From: Gekko japonicus
Taxonomy: Eukaryota
NCBI RefSeq assembly: GCF_001447785.1
Contig: NW_015163130.1
Span: 354,814 to 418,813 of the forward strand
Reading direction: 5' to 3'
Length of the DNA: 64,000 bases
In this document: positions 11,261 to 23,865 of the stretch, piece after piece
Layout: each line of letters begins with the position of its first letter
Position numbering within the stretch: the stretch's first letter is position 1
Notes under the pieces: generated by a model
Database searches by the model: none
Seen by the model: only the letters and a program-made list of their open reading frames with translations
Told to the model about the DNA's origin: nothing
Made by a program: the position numbers and the translations under genes

Positions 11261-13658
11261 GCCTCGCTGCATATACAGTGTCAAAAGTGATCTCTATCGT
11301 AGAAACCAGCAAACCTAACTCCTGTTGCAGCTTCCATCCAACCTGCAGCATGGATGCATCAAAGGAACCCCAAATTATACATCGGCTTGAAGGCTATGTA
11401 CAAAGTAAAAGATGCAAATCCACAGAAGCTTTTTGCAAGCTCCGCAGCAGAGAAGCCTCGGATTCTGATTGGCAACTCGTTTTCTTCAAGGCCAGTTTTA
11501 GCAATGGAGTCCGAGGTGGAGGGCCAAGGCCAGAGCGGCTTGTTGGCAAGCTGTGGTACCACACATCTCCCTCCACCATAACTTCTTCATTAGGTAATGG
11601 GGGAGCAAGGACCTCTCAGGGCCTAGCTTTGGACAAGGGGCTTAGAATGTAAAAAGAGCCCTCAAGGATCAGACCAAGGAGGGTCCTTCTAATCCAGCAT
11701 CTTAATGCTAATCTCCAGAGAGTTCACAGCCAGGCATGGTCAACAGCCCTCCCCCATCATCTGGCATAGCACCTGCACTCAGGGAAGTTCCACTTTCCTA
11801 TCAGGAATCGATAGGTGTATCTTCCAGGTATTTGTCTTTTAGCGCCCTAAACCAGCAGGCTTCTCCTTCTTTGTTGCTGACCTCCTTGGTCTCAGCCATC
11901 CAGGGCCACAGCTTACCATGTAGCATTGCCAGCCTTTCAGTCCACCCCTGTCACTGTGCCTTTTACAGCTGCTCAATAGGCGATAGTTAGCAGGTTGATA
12001 ACATTACCTTCCATGCCCCCCCAAAGCTACACTTGATAATTCCTGTTTAATCAAATTGATGGAAAAGGCACGGCTACAGGACTGGTTAGAAAGCTCGCAA
12101 CCCCTAGTTCCATTAACAGAAAGCTGGCCTATTAGAGACAAGCGGCTCCCGACGAAATCATTCTAGGAAAGTCAAGCAAAGTTTGCACAAAAATAAGACT
12201 GTGATGCTCGTTCTCAAGCTGAGGCTTCTTCGGTGCAGGATTTTGACAATCTTGGCAGGTAGTCTGAACAGCTTTGCTTGTTGTCATCTAGCCCTTAGAC
12301 AGAGTAAAACACCTCGTACACAAACATTCAGTATTAGACACGGAATGTCGCTTTATAAAACACATCGCATTTTATGGATCTGGAATAGACTGATGCCACC
12401 ACCGAATCCAGAGCCAGAGGTATATCATCATTTATGGCAGGCACCGCAGAGTTTCCGATTTTGCCACGAGCACGATAAAGATCCCAGAACGGAAATTACT
12501 TCCCTGCTGTTTATAGTGATACGATCTTTTATAAAGCACAGGTTTAGCAGGTGGGGGGGAAAGAAAAGAAGGGAAATAAAACAAACCCACAGTTCCTGTC
12601 AACTCCAAACAGGTGCTCTTTCCTGATGAGCCATCTCATTCTGAGTCCAGTTCAGTCACAGTTTCATTCAAGATCAAGGTTACACCCACTATTTCAAATC
12701 TTCCTTGATATGGGTTTAGCAACCAGACCACTAAAGGTTTGTTGCTGTCTGACCCTCAAATCACCAGCTAGAGGAAAAGGCGATTCCAGATTGCTGGCAG
12801 CATTGGGGGGGGGGGGGGGGGGGGCATGAAGAGGGAGAACCCNNNNNNNNNNNNNNNNNNNNNNNCTGACCAACACCCTGTGATCCATGGCTCTTGCCCT
12901 CTCCCCTTCTTTGCACAGATTCCTAACAGATTTTACTGAATGATTTGAAAAAGGACTATGTTTTCCCTGGACTGGAGGGATGGTAGGAAATACCTTGGCC
13001 TGGCAAATGTGTTTGCTGTGCAGCAGCTGAAGGCACAGTGCCTTGCCAAAAAAGAACCCCGCGTTCCTACCCATGCAGCTGCAATCCAACAGGGGTATCC
13101 CAAGGCCCTTGCTATGCTGCAGAAGATGCTGGATGCAACTTTCGGAGTCTGCCTGTCTTGTCCCCCAGTCAGCATCCTCTGCAAAGTATCCTCAGATGTT
13201 CCTCTCAGGCCTCTCCCTGCTTCATTTGCACTCCTGAAGCAACCCCTGGGGTTATCTGGGCAACAGGGTCAGCCCTGTCTAACACTGGAGATAGAAATTG
13301 GACACATAACTCAAGACAGCGATTTTCACACTTTGTACCCTCGGGGAATCTTTTCCTCATTAATTTTTCAGCTGAAGAATCCCTGCACATCTAACATGGA
13401 ACAACCATTTGTGTTGCAGAGTCTTCTGCACTGTTTTTCCAGGGTGCTAGAATCCCTATTTTGAGGCAGGTTGGTCAACCCTTGTGGGACCTTTGGATAT
13501 TGAAGCACACCATAGAAGACAGCTGTGTATTACAGGGAAGAGACCAGCAGTAGCAGGGTAGCTATTTTCCAGAGAAGCTGGCGGGCCATTGATGGTGGTC
13601 TTCTCACGGAAAGATCCCAACAATTGTTTAAGAAGTCCCCCATTTGTACTGGAGCTGT

Positions 13659-13920
13659 CAAAGGCTTTCACGGCTGGAGTTCATTAGTTGCTGTAGATTT
13701 TCCGGGTTGTGAGGCCGTGGTCTTGGCATTGCAGAACCTGACATTTTGCCAGTAACTGTGACTGGCATCCTCAGAGGTATAGCACAGAAAGATGGAGTAC
13801 TCTCTACTCCATCTTTCTGTGCTATACCTCTGAGGATGCCAGTCACAGTTACTGATGAAACGTCAGGACCTACAATGCCAAGACCATGGCCTTGCAACCT
13901 GGAAAATCTACAGCAACTAA
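13659..13920. mobile_element. Penelope-like element remnant inserted as a 116-bp-arm inverted repeat with 14-bp TSD
   Basis: Arms 13684-13799 and 13805-13920 (inner 50 bp perfect, 5-nt loop). Direct repeat tgtactggagctgt at 13645-13658 and 13921-13934. Contains ctgaggatgccagtcacagttactg..gaaacgtcagg, typical of squamate Penelope termini. Confidence 0.75.
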
Positions 13921-14189
13921 TGTACTGGAGCTGTTTGGAAAAAAAAACCCAGTTGAACAGATCTTCTTATCTACTGCAGAGCTGCCTCCCACACACAATT
14001 CAAAGAACACCTTCCTAGTGTTCAGAACACCACCCATTTCCTGAATCTTGTTTCCATTAGGGATGCAAAACGTGCAGAACTAAAATTTACATTTATTTCT
14101 GGAGGGGGAAATAAAGGGGATGTTTGTGAAAGACCTGCAAGTTCTAAGCTTGGTCTTGAGATTCAGGGGTGGGGTGTGGAGATAGATCA

Positions 14190-14499
14190 TGGAAGAAGAA
14201 GAAGAAGAGGAGGAAGAGGAGGAGGAGATTGGATTTATACCCTGCCCTTCACTACCCAGAGGTGTCTCAGAGCGGCTTACAAACTCCTTTCCCTTCCCCT
14301 CCCCACAACAGACACCCTGTGAGGTAGGTGGGGCTGAGAGAGCTCTTGACAGAAACTGCTCTTTTTCAAGAACAGCTCTTATCAGAACTACGGCTTGCCC
14401 AAGGTCATCCAGCCAGGTGCAAGTGGAGGAGTGGGGAATCAAACCCGGTTCTCCCAGATTAGAGTCCACACACTTAACCACTATACCAAACTGGCTCTC
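14190..14499 (-). mobile_element. tRNA-derived SINE (Squam3-like) with (CTT/CTC)n tail
   Basis: Head gagagccagtttggtatagtggttaag...gggtttgattcccc (A and B boxes). Near-identical copies at 19655 and 61932-62215. Confidence 0.85.
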
Positions 14500-16789
14500 A
14501 AATGAGTGTGGATTCAAAAGAAGGGCATGTTTTGGAGAGAAGCAGTCAGCAAATTAATATATTCTGGTGTTCAGGGGGAGAGGAAGCCTTTGAATAAATT
14601 TTCCCAAAAGAGACACAGAATGAAAAAGTAGGAGGGTGAAAGAAACTATCCTCCTCCCCAAAGTTTCCAATCAGCAGTTCACTGAAAAAAAAATGTTCTC
14701 CATAAATCTCAGCTACTGGGATTTCCAAAGAATGGCTCTGCTTCCAAGTCCAGTAACCTTTTTCTTACTATCCCTGCCCCAATCATGCCTCGAATAAGCA
14801 GAAATTCTGCAGGTAAAATTTCTTCTGGCCTACAGTGNNNNNNNNNNNNNNNNNNNNNNNNNNNNNNNNNNNNNNNCTGATGGAAGAAAAGTTGGTAACC
14901 CTAGATTTAGAACACGCAGGTAAGATAGTTGCCTCTTTTTTGGAGAGCTGCTCCTCTGCCTTTAACCACAGATTGGCATATGAAAGATACAGGTAAAGCT
15001 TTCCTCCCTGTTTTACCTCCATATCAGAATAAGCTTTACTGACTTAAATGTTGTGCTCTAAGAGGCACTAGAACAGGGTCAGTAAAAACACAATGGACAA
15101 CCCAAGAAGAAATATCTGATTTTCTGGCAAAGCTTCTCTTCATTCCCATCCTATGAAAATCTCTACCTGTTGAAATTCAGAGAAGCCTGGTTAGGGAGAA
15201 AGTGTCACCACTAAAGAAAGAAAAGGCTTTGAAGTCAGAGGGCAGGCACATCAGAGTTTATACATGGCTCAGTTTTCCTTAAAATCTAAATACCCTTGAG
15301 AACTCAACAAAAGAAAGCATGAAGTCCAGTTTCTCTGAACTGAAAATTGGAATGGGAAAGCAACTCCTTGCCCTCCTAGTAAAGTTGCCAATAACCTGGA
15401 GAAAAAGTGTCTTGTCCCTTGAAGAGAGGCTTACTCTGTAGAAATAGGCAGTTGAAGCTTTTTGTGGCACAGAGGCAAACAATATCACTTAGTAAATTAC
15501 ATCCCACTAAGATTCTGTTAAAGGGGAAGGACATTATCTCTCCAGGATGGCTGGTAACCCTACACCCCACCCACGCAGCCCCCCCACCTTTCCCTCTTTC
15601 ACCTGATCTGTTCCCCACACCCAGGCCACTCCATACAAAAGAAACTCTCTAAGCCATGCGGCTCTTCTTGTAAATAATAGTAAGACAGCTGACTTTTTCA
15701 CCAGTCCCTTTAGCTGAACCTAGCAGCAGCTTTAATGTGCAGAACTCAGCAAGGAGATCATGTTTTGCATTATGCTGATTTCTACACATCATGCCCAAGA
15801 GATTAGATTAGGCTTTCTCCTGGTCAGTTGGCAACCTTGAACAGCCAGATGCCACAAGCCATAGCACTTTAAAAAAAGAAAAGAATTGCCAGTAGTTGGG
15901 CAAGATGTGCACAGCAGCAAAAGTTTAACATCTAGTCAAACCTCTCTTCCCTTTGGAAAATCCCACTGATCCGCAGTTAGCTGGGGTGGCAATTAACTTT
16001 GCCCTGGGAAGCATCACCTTCTGATTCCAGCTGATCAGGCTGCTTTTAAGAGGCATAGAAATAGGCCAGGTTCTCCCCACCCCCAGCCAGCTGGCAATCC
16101 TAGTGCAAAACCTACACCAAGAATTTTAGTCCCAGGTTCCCAAGCAGCGAGAGAAATAGATACTTGGTATGCTTCCCACTGATAGATGTCAAGGCATTTC
16201 ACAATGGCTTGGCTTTAGGCCTAAGATCAGACAGATTTTTTTTTTGGGGGGGGGGTGACTTGCCTGGATGGCAGTTCACATGAGGAATGCCAGCTGTCCA
16301 GAGGAGGACAGTCTTCCCAGCTCTTGTACCTTTGAATGGCAGCTTTGTATTCACGAATCATCATGTGACACTTTTTTCAAGGCACAAAGAGAAATATTTC
16401 CCTCTGCTAACATCTGTACATCATGCTGCTGCTGCGGGCACAGGAGCTGGGCTACTACTGGCAAAGGTGTCATCCTAGATCACACTCTCATTTGGCCCCA
16501 AGGTATGGAGGAAAAAGTCAATTTGATTCATCAAATAACCTAGAAGATTTTTGGCACTGGCATGCGGTCTCTTTTTTTGGAGGGGTGTGTGTCTTTTGAC
16601 AGAAATATATATAATATATATATATTATGTCAAGACGGAACCAAAATGAACTTTCTGGAAACACTCACCTCACTCCCCTTTCTGCAAACACAAAAGCCAA
16701 CCAATAAAACAGATAGTTTGCTTAAATAGCACGATAAGTTCCTTCGAGCATCTCTAACTGTTCTCGGTCTCTCTTTCTATCTCAGCATC

Positions 16790-18103
16790 TCACCAGGCAG
16801 TCTGAGTCCATTGCCTGCAAAGAATCTTCCGGAACGCCTTGCGGAAGTCCTGGTTGAAGATGGTGTATATGACAGGGTTCAAGGAGCTATTACAGTAGCC
16901 AATCCAGAAGAAAAATGTGAAGGTGCTGTCTGGGATCTGACAGTGCTTCTCGGGGCAGATGGCCCTGAGGCTGTAGAGGAAGAAAAAAGGGAACCAACAA
17001 AGGACAAAGACTCCAATCACCACAGCAAGAACAAAAGTAAACCTCTTCTCTCGATTCAGGTGTGTCTTTTTCTTCCAAGGGTTGGTGCTGAGGGCCCTCC
17101 TCACCAGCACAACCTCCCCTTTGGCCGTGGCCAACGTGTCCATACCCTTCGGCGAGCTTTGTGGGGTACCATTGCTCTGCTTCACGCTGTTATGAGGAGA
17201 GCACTCCGGTGGACTGGATCCTGAAAATGGTTTCTTCTCCGGCTGGGGCTCAGAAGGGCTGGAGGCGGTTGCTGACTGTGGGGGCTTTTCCTCCGGGCTC
17301 ACGAGAGAAATCCTTCTCGTAGAGAGAATATGGGTGTCTGGTTGGTCCCCTTCTTGGATAGGTAACTGATGCCCATTGAGTTCCCTTTCTGTCTGTTTCT
17401 GTTTGGGAGATGTTTCACTGGATGGGCCAGTGACAATCTGAGGGAGCCCTTCATTCACTTTTACCTTCGGCTTCTTCGCTCTAGGCCCCTGCCTGCTTCG
17501 ACGCTTGGCTATGAAGTAGATCCTGAGGTACACCAAGATCATAATGACACAGGGCGCAAAAAAGGAACAGGTGCTGGAGGAAATGATATACCATGGCTCC
17601 TCATTCAGTTCACACTTCCTTTCTTCTTCTTTTGCGTTCTTTGGGTTTTCGTTGAGGACCAACGGGGGCAGAGAGATGACGGCGGCAATCAACCACACAA
17701 CAAGAATGGTGCACTTGATTCTCCTCGGAGTCCTCTTCGAATTGTACTCAATGGCCCGGCTGACGGACCAGTAGCGGTCCAGACTGATGGCGCAGAGATG
17801 CACGATGGAAGCGGTACAGAAGAGGACATCCAGCGCCAGGTAGGCCTTGCACCAGGTCCTGCCAAAGTACCAATAGCCCATCAGCTCATTGGCGAGAGAG
17901 AAGGGGATAATGAGGGTCGCCACCAGGATGTCCGCAGCTGCCAGAGATACCAGGAAGAGGTTCTGTGGGGCTCTCAGAGACCTGCTGGTCAGCACCGCGA
18001 TGATTACCAGGATGTTGCCAAAGATGGTGAAGAGAATGAGGAAGGTGATAACAGCGGCGATGGCAGCGGTGGCTTGGACTGTGTAGCCCTCATGGCTACC
18101 CAT
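16790..18103 (-). CDS. ADRA2B: Alpha-2B adrenergic receptor, intronless, 437 aa
   Basis: [30 protein letters not shown]..., LALDVLFCT (D3.32), SLDRY, CWFPFFF, NPVIY, C-terminus [11 protein letters not shown] matches the alpha-2B subtype. ATG at 18103 is in a perfect GCCACCATGG Kozak context; a weaker in-frame ATG lies 5 codons upstream at 18118. Confidence 0.97.
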   Translation of the reverse strand: MGSHEGYTVQATAAIAAVITFLILFTIFGNILVIIAVLTSRSLRAPQNLFLVSLAAADILVATLIIPFSLANELMGYWYFGRTWCKAYLALDVLFCTASIVHLCAISLDRYWSVSRAIEYNSKRTPRRIKCTILVVWLIAAVISLPPLVLNENPKNAKEEERKCELNEEPWYIISSSTCSFFAPCVIMILVYLRIYFIAKRRSRQGPRAKKPKVKVNEGLPQIVTGPSSETSPKQKQTERELNGHQLPIQEGDQPDTHILSTRRISLVSPEEKPPQSATASSPSEPQPEKKPFSGSSPPECSPHNSVKQSNGTPQSSPKGMDTLATAKGEVVLVRRALSTNPWKKKTHLNREKRFTFVLAVVIGVFVLCWFPFFFLYSLRAICPEKHCQIPDSTFTFFFWIGYCNSSLNPVIYTIFNQDFRKAFRKILCRQWTQTAW

Positions 18104-18299
18104 GGTGGCCACAGTCATTGAGGGGAAAAAATGGCCTGACAGGTCCAGAGGGGAGGTGCAGCCCACTTCCTCAGTTCTGCAGGATGCTGAGGGTCCACAG
18201 CTCCGAAGCCCCCATTGGTGCCTGGCCCAGAAGTGCTGTTGGAAGGCCAGAGGGAGAGAGAAGCTGGGGCTCAGTTTCCAGCACCGCTTCCATACTGGG

Positions 18300-18960
18300 A
18301 TCCTGCCAGCAGGAGCATCTGCTCCTTCAGCCGCGCTGGGAAACTGCGCTCTGGCGGCTAGCGAGCGGCTCAATTGCAGCGCCGCTCCCCCCTAGCCATA
18401 GCGGCAATCCACCGCCTCCGCCTCCCTCGCAGCGCTGCCTCTGGCCCCTGGGCTCGCCTTCGCCTTCTCCCACATCCAGGTGGCTCCGGATCAGAGGAGC
18501 ATCACGGGCTGCAAACGGACCGCGAAGTTTCTCCTGCTCTTCCTTTCTGGGAAAGTTGAGAGGCACACGCCGCGCCGGCTCGCGGAGCTCCACACGGCTG
18601 GCTCGCTCTCTCCTGGCTGAGGAAAGACCCAGCCTCCCTGTGCTTTTTGAAATGAACTGCAGAAGAGGAGGCTTGTCCCACCCCCACCCCTCCCCACAAC
18701 ATCTCTGACGCTGATGTCAGGCAGTTTCTCCGGCTCTCACTCTATCCCCTTCTTGGAGGGGAGAAAAGAAGCAAGGAGACAAAAGAAAGGGGTGTGTGGA
18801 GGAGGCAGGGCTGTGCCGGCGCGCACACACAGGCTCGTTCAGCGGTGCCAACCACAAGGGAAGTCACTGGCCTCCTTTCAGGGGGGTCCCCCCTAGGAGG
18901 CAGGCTGCTGCTGATCTGTCTTCTGTCTCACCTCCCTCGCAGGGCCTGGGTGTGTGTTTC
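18300..18960 (-). promoter_or_regulatory. ADRA2B CpG-rich promoter / 5' leader
   Basis: GC- and CpG-rich block directly upstream of the CDS, with CRE-like tgacgc/tgatgtca at 18706-18719. Confidence 0.6.
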
Positions 18961-19654
18961 TGGGCAGGGTGCTTTCTTTGTAACTAAATTACGCTGATAG
19001 CCCTGCATATGACTCAGAGAGCTTTCAGCCTGGTGTGCTGCATTTCACCCCTTCTGGAAAGGTTTGGTCAGGCTTTGAGAAATTATAGTGTTTGGTTGTT
19101 TAAAAAGAAGACTCCGGGTGTGTGTGGGGGGGTGGGGAGGTGAGAGAAGAGTCTTTTTGCAAAACGGGGCAAATGTTTGGCACCTGTTGCTTCCCTGTTA
19201 AAACCCGGCACACCCCATATTCTAAGGCTGAAATTATAAACACGGAGTTAGGTCTGGGGCACTTGTTTTTTGACCCCGTGGCACCATCCAGCCAAAGCTA
19301 AGCATGGTGAAGTTTTTACTAATGGCAGGGATTTCAGCTTTCTTCACCTCTTGTCTCCATTCCCCACCTGGCCTGTGTGTGTGTCTGAATTGCCCAAGGT
19401 TTCCTAGGAAGCTTCCCTGGCAGAACAGGGATTCAAACCTGGGGGGGTCTCCCAGCCTACTTTGACACTGAGACCACCATGCTGGCTGGCTGAGGTGAGA
19501 GGAGGAAGAGGCTCAAGGCAGTCAGACTAAGAGAAACCAGTAGGGGACCCTGGGGGTGGGCAATGGCCAGACAAGAGGGGCCTGAAAAATGAGAGGAAAA
19601 GGACCAATCCTGAGGGGAAAGTCTGAGAATGGGCAGAGGAGGTGCATGTTTACC

Positions 19655-19936
19655 AGAGCCAGTTTGCTGTAGTGGTTAAGTGCATGGCCTGTAATCTGGG
19701 AGAACTGGATTTGATTCCCCACTCCTCCACTTGCAGCTGCTGGATGACCTTGGGCAAGCCATAGTTCTGTCAGAGCTGTTCTCTCAAGGACAGTTCTGTC
19801 GGAGCTCTCTCAGCTCAACCTACCTCACAGGATGTCTGCTGTGGGGAGGGGAAGGGGAAGGAGATTGTAAGCCACTCTGAGACTCCGAGTGAAGGGTGGG
19901 GTATAAATCCAATCTCTTCTCTTCTTCTTCTTCTTC
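19655..19936 (+). mobile_element. tRNA-derived SINE (Squam3-like)
   Basis: agagccagtttgctgtagtggttaag...gatttgattcccc...gggtataaatccaatc(tct)n. Confidence 0.85.
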
Positions 19937-19949
19937 AGAAGCTATAGAG

Positions 19950-20135
19950 TTGGGTTGCTAACCTCTAGGTGGGGGCCTGGAGATCTCCCAGGATTACAAC
20001 CGATCTCCGGACTCCAGAGATCAGCTCCCCTGGAGAAAATGTCTCCTTTGGAGGGTGGGATCTCCGGCTTCATGCCCTTCTGAGCTCCCTCCCTTCCCCG
20101 GGTCCACCTCCAAATCTCCAGGACTTTCCCAACCC
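19950..20135. mobile_element. TAGGGTTGCC-family MITE, partial
   Basis: gggttgctaacctctaggtgg...ccctggagaaaat...aaatctccagga. Confidence 0.6.
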
Positions 20136-22489
20136 ACAGGTCATCTATCGATTCGACATAACCTGCTACATCTCTGGCCATCAACAGCAGGCATGTGTCC
20201 ATCTTATAGTTTCCCTTCCCTCCTTCCATGTTTTTATTATAACCACGGCCCCCAACGTGGTGAAAAACACAAATCACATACGACGTAACCACTGAGTGCT
20301 GCCACTGATTTTCCATGAATGTGTCTCAGTTTCACCACGCAGGTATGCCTGATATGTGTCGGCATTCATAAGAACAATTAAATGCATGAAGATTACAGGG
20401 AACTGAAATCTGGAAGCTCGCCCTGAGTTGATGGCTATCAAAGGCACAATGGGAAGGGAGGTTTGTTTATGTGACAAATATCACAAATTTTCCAGAGTGA
20501 AGAAAGATACGAGCAGCTCCTCTTCCCACCCGCACAGTGAGTTATTAAAAGTATCCGAATTACTTAGGTCCAGAATTTCTCTGGCTGAAGCACAATTCAA
20601 CACTGTTCAGTCAGAGCCAAATTTTCTGTCAGCATCCCCCCCCCCCGCCAAACAGAAAGAAAATATTTGGGATGGGCCAACAAAACAGAAATCATACCCA
20701 TTCAGAGCCCGAGGGACTCTGCAGCCCTGTGGCATTAAGTGCTTTAAAGACAGACAGTCTCTGCCCCAGACAGCTTACACTGATAAGTGGAGCCAACAGA
20801 AACACGAAGGCTGATGGAGGGGAGACTGAAGGACTCATCAAACATTTGCAAGATGGGTATGTCTAGGCTCCCAGAGCCATTTCATCAAACCACATTACCC
20901 AATATTTTGGCGACAGGGATTTTGGAGAAGAACTCCCCCCCCTTACGGGTGTTTAAACAGATCAGAAAGTGGTGCCTTCCCTTATGCAGAAATGATGAGG
21001 TTGAAATATCTCCATTAAGGAGCTGCTAGGCTGTTTGTCTGCCAATTCCTTCAGCAGAAAGAATTAGCTTGCTTCACAGTCACAGACACTGGTTCAGAGG
21101 TGAAGAGAATTTGCTCCCCAAAATTCTCCCTTGTCTTTTGCCTTTGTAATTCACCTTCTTCCTTATGTGTGTCATGCCTTAGACAGTTTTTATTTCTTTT
21201 TTAGTTTCTAATTGTATAATCCTAATCCTCTTGCATTGTTTATTGGATGTTTTATGCTGCTGAACTGTTTGTTGTATGTTGTAATCCACCTTGAGTCTCA
21301 GCAAGAAAGGCACTATAAGTATAAAACGGCGATATCAGACAATCTCCAGATTATTCTCTGACAATTCACTATCACATTTTTATCATCCCCCCCTCCCCCT
21401 GCAGAGCTCAGGACAGAGTATATCATTCACCCCTCCTCCATACTATCTGTGGCTGACACCCTATTATATTCCCCTTTTGATATTTGAAAATTGATATGTT
21501 GCCCATTATAGGGAGGGAACTGAACCTAGAAACCTGGGATCCAGAACCTGAAAAGGGTAGTCAAATAGAAAAGAGGGCCAACAATAAAAGCGTAATATAT
21601 ATATAGTATATAAAAAGATACGTGTATTTATTAACATTTTTAACGAATTTATTATTTATTTAATTATTCTCTTCTCACCCGTTATAGGTGACATGTAATG
21701 GTTTGTAATACTAAATAGCACACAATGATATGCAAAGGTTATGTAGTAGATGACAAGGGAGAGGTTATGCCATTTGATTCCTGAAAATCCTGCTGGAACA
21801 GTAAAGAGATGCCACCAGGACTAGAGTTCTGAAGTAAAATTCTACATAATGAGTTATCCGAATACTGATTTCCGCTCTAACTCGTGTTCATTTTTTTCTT
21901 TTTCATAAGCATAGTTATCAAGCTTTTAGACCAGCAACCAAAGATGGGTCTCCCTCATGCTCATTTTAGGGAAGGGAGAAGCCATGTTTGTCTGAGCTAC
22001 TGCAGACCCACCAATTCCATACTGGTCAGAAAGATGTTCTCCCCCTGTCTCTCTTCAGTAGAACTTCTCCACTTTGAAATCTTAGCCCACATGGTCTTCT
22101 TCCCCTTCCCCTTGGCCTCATTGACCTCCCTGGCCCTATTTGGGGAGGCTTTGGTCTGTAAGTGCCCCTTGCATGCCGAAGGTCCAAGTCTAAGCAGCTT
22201 GAAAGGGTATTTTGAACAGCAGGTGTTGTAAAAGTATTCTTTGGCTGAGAACCTGGAGAGCTTCTGCGAGTCAGAGGGCAGTCATGTCGCAAAAGGTGGG
22301 TGTGGCTGGATGACCACACTTCTGGTAACATGGGGGATTGGCTTAATATGCTAATTAGCTGTCCTGTCAGGGGTGTGGCCTAATATGCTAATGAGTTTCT
22401 GCTCTTCGGTGTGGCCTATTATGCTAATGAGTTCCTGCTGGGCTTTTTCTACCAAAAAAAGCCCTGCTTACTACTCTTCCTGCCCGGAC

Positions 22490-22711
22490 CTTGGGCTTGC
22501 CAGGTCCGGGTTGGAAAACACATGGAGATTTGGGGGCTGGCGTCTGGAGAGGGCAGGGTTTGGGGGAGGGGAGGGACTTCGGTGGGGTATAATGCTATAG
22601 AGTTCACCTTCCAAAGCAGCCATTTTCTCCAGGTAAACTGATCTCTGTGGTCTGGAGACCAGTTATAATAGTGGGAGATCTCCAGCCACCACCTGGAGGT
22701 TGGCAGCCTAG
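22490..22711. mobile_element. TAGGGTTGCC-family MITE adjoining a second transposon terminus (22320-22465)
   Basis: gggcttgccaggtcc...cattttctccaggtaaactgatctct...ggttggcagccta. Confidence 0.65.
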
Positions 22712-23091
22712 CCCCTAGCAATCTGGCTTGGGGTAGGCAGCATTCCTAACATCCTCTTAGTGATGCGGGATTGTATTTGTGAGAGAGCGAAAAATCCATC
22801 CCTAGAGAAACTCTGTGACTAGCAAAGTACAATCATCTCATTCTCCACCTTCCAGTGATTTTTTGCCCATTTTTTTTAGTAGCCCAAGAAAGGCAGTTGA
22901 GATTTGTGAAGCCATGAAATAGGAGAATTAAATATCTTTCTCCCTCTCTGTGTGGCCCTGATGTAATTTTCCATTGAAAGGGTCCAGAAGAGCCCAGCAC
23001 CGTTCTGTCAGCAGCACCTCACACAACCCTTTACATAGAGCTTTGTAGAAACACTTGTGGGTGGCGGCGGTTTGGGAATACTTGGCCAAGG

Positions 23092-23108
23092 AGCGCCCTC
23101 TGCTGGTT
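23092..23108 (-). promoter_or_regulatory. Candidate CTCF site between ADRA2B and ASTL
   Basis: Minus strand AACCAGCAGAGGGCGCT closely matches the CCASYAGRKGGCRS core. Confidence 0.55.
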
Positions 23109-23865
23109 TAGCCAAAGCTATTGCCAAAGCCTGACAATAAATGAAAAGAACCAATATATCTATATCGATATATATTCCCGTCCCTTTTCTGTTAACACAC
23201 TGCATGATTTCCCAGGCTGCAGTGTGCAAGCTACATGCATATGAGCAGAAGCTATATTTCATGCAGTAGCCAAAGTCACCTACCCTCCTTAGTGCACTAG
23301 CTAGTCTGGATGAGCTGCTGAAGACATATGTGATGGATGGGGTTGCAATATAAGTTTCTCCATCAGGACAAATAGAAGCCCCTGGGGTCACTTCAGGCTG
23401 GGAGAGACAGCCCAGGGGGAGGATTAAAGTTCCCTTTAGCCATGTTCAGTGGTCACAACTGGCCTCCTCTGTGCCTGGAAAGCAAATTTCAAGAGATAAC
23501 TCCCAGCACACATCTGGTCTAGAGGAACAAACCTATCAATTCCATATCATGTAGTCAAGTCCTGGCCAGTAGAGGCTGCAGGGTTTACTCCACCTTTTCC
23601 TACACAACCCTCAGGAAAACTGAGTCTGTAATTTAAATTTTATGAACCCTCGATCATCCGACATTGCTGCACAGAAACAGAACTTGATAGCTACCTGGAG
23701 TTCCTGCAGAAGTCAGGTGTGTGTTTAATACAAAAGTGGAACATTAAGATGACTTATACTGTGCCAGCATTACTGAGGCTGTCCAAAGCAATGGAAGAAA
23801 GATGGCACCTCTGTTACACAAGGAAGTCCTGCTCTTACTTTCCAGTTCTTCAGGCCAAAGAGAAA

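Noticed and set aside
12958-13464. 168-aa ORF
   Set aside because: No homology recognisable to me, no splice or codon support; likely chance.
14189-14557. Poly-Glu ORF MEEEEEEE...
   Set aside because: Translation of the microsatellite tail of a reverse-oriented SINE.
17369-18121. 250-aa plus-strand ORF
   Set aside because: Antisense shadow of the ADRA2B CDS with no recognisable domain.
18104-18373. 527-aa ADRA2B ORF as listed in the track
   Set aside because: It begins at a TTG. Homology and a perfect Kozak sequence point to the ATG at 18103.
19655-19730. tRNA gene
   Set aside because: A and B boxes only, no cloverleaf; it is the head of a repeated SINE.
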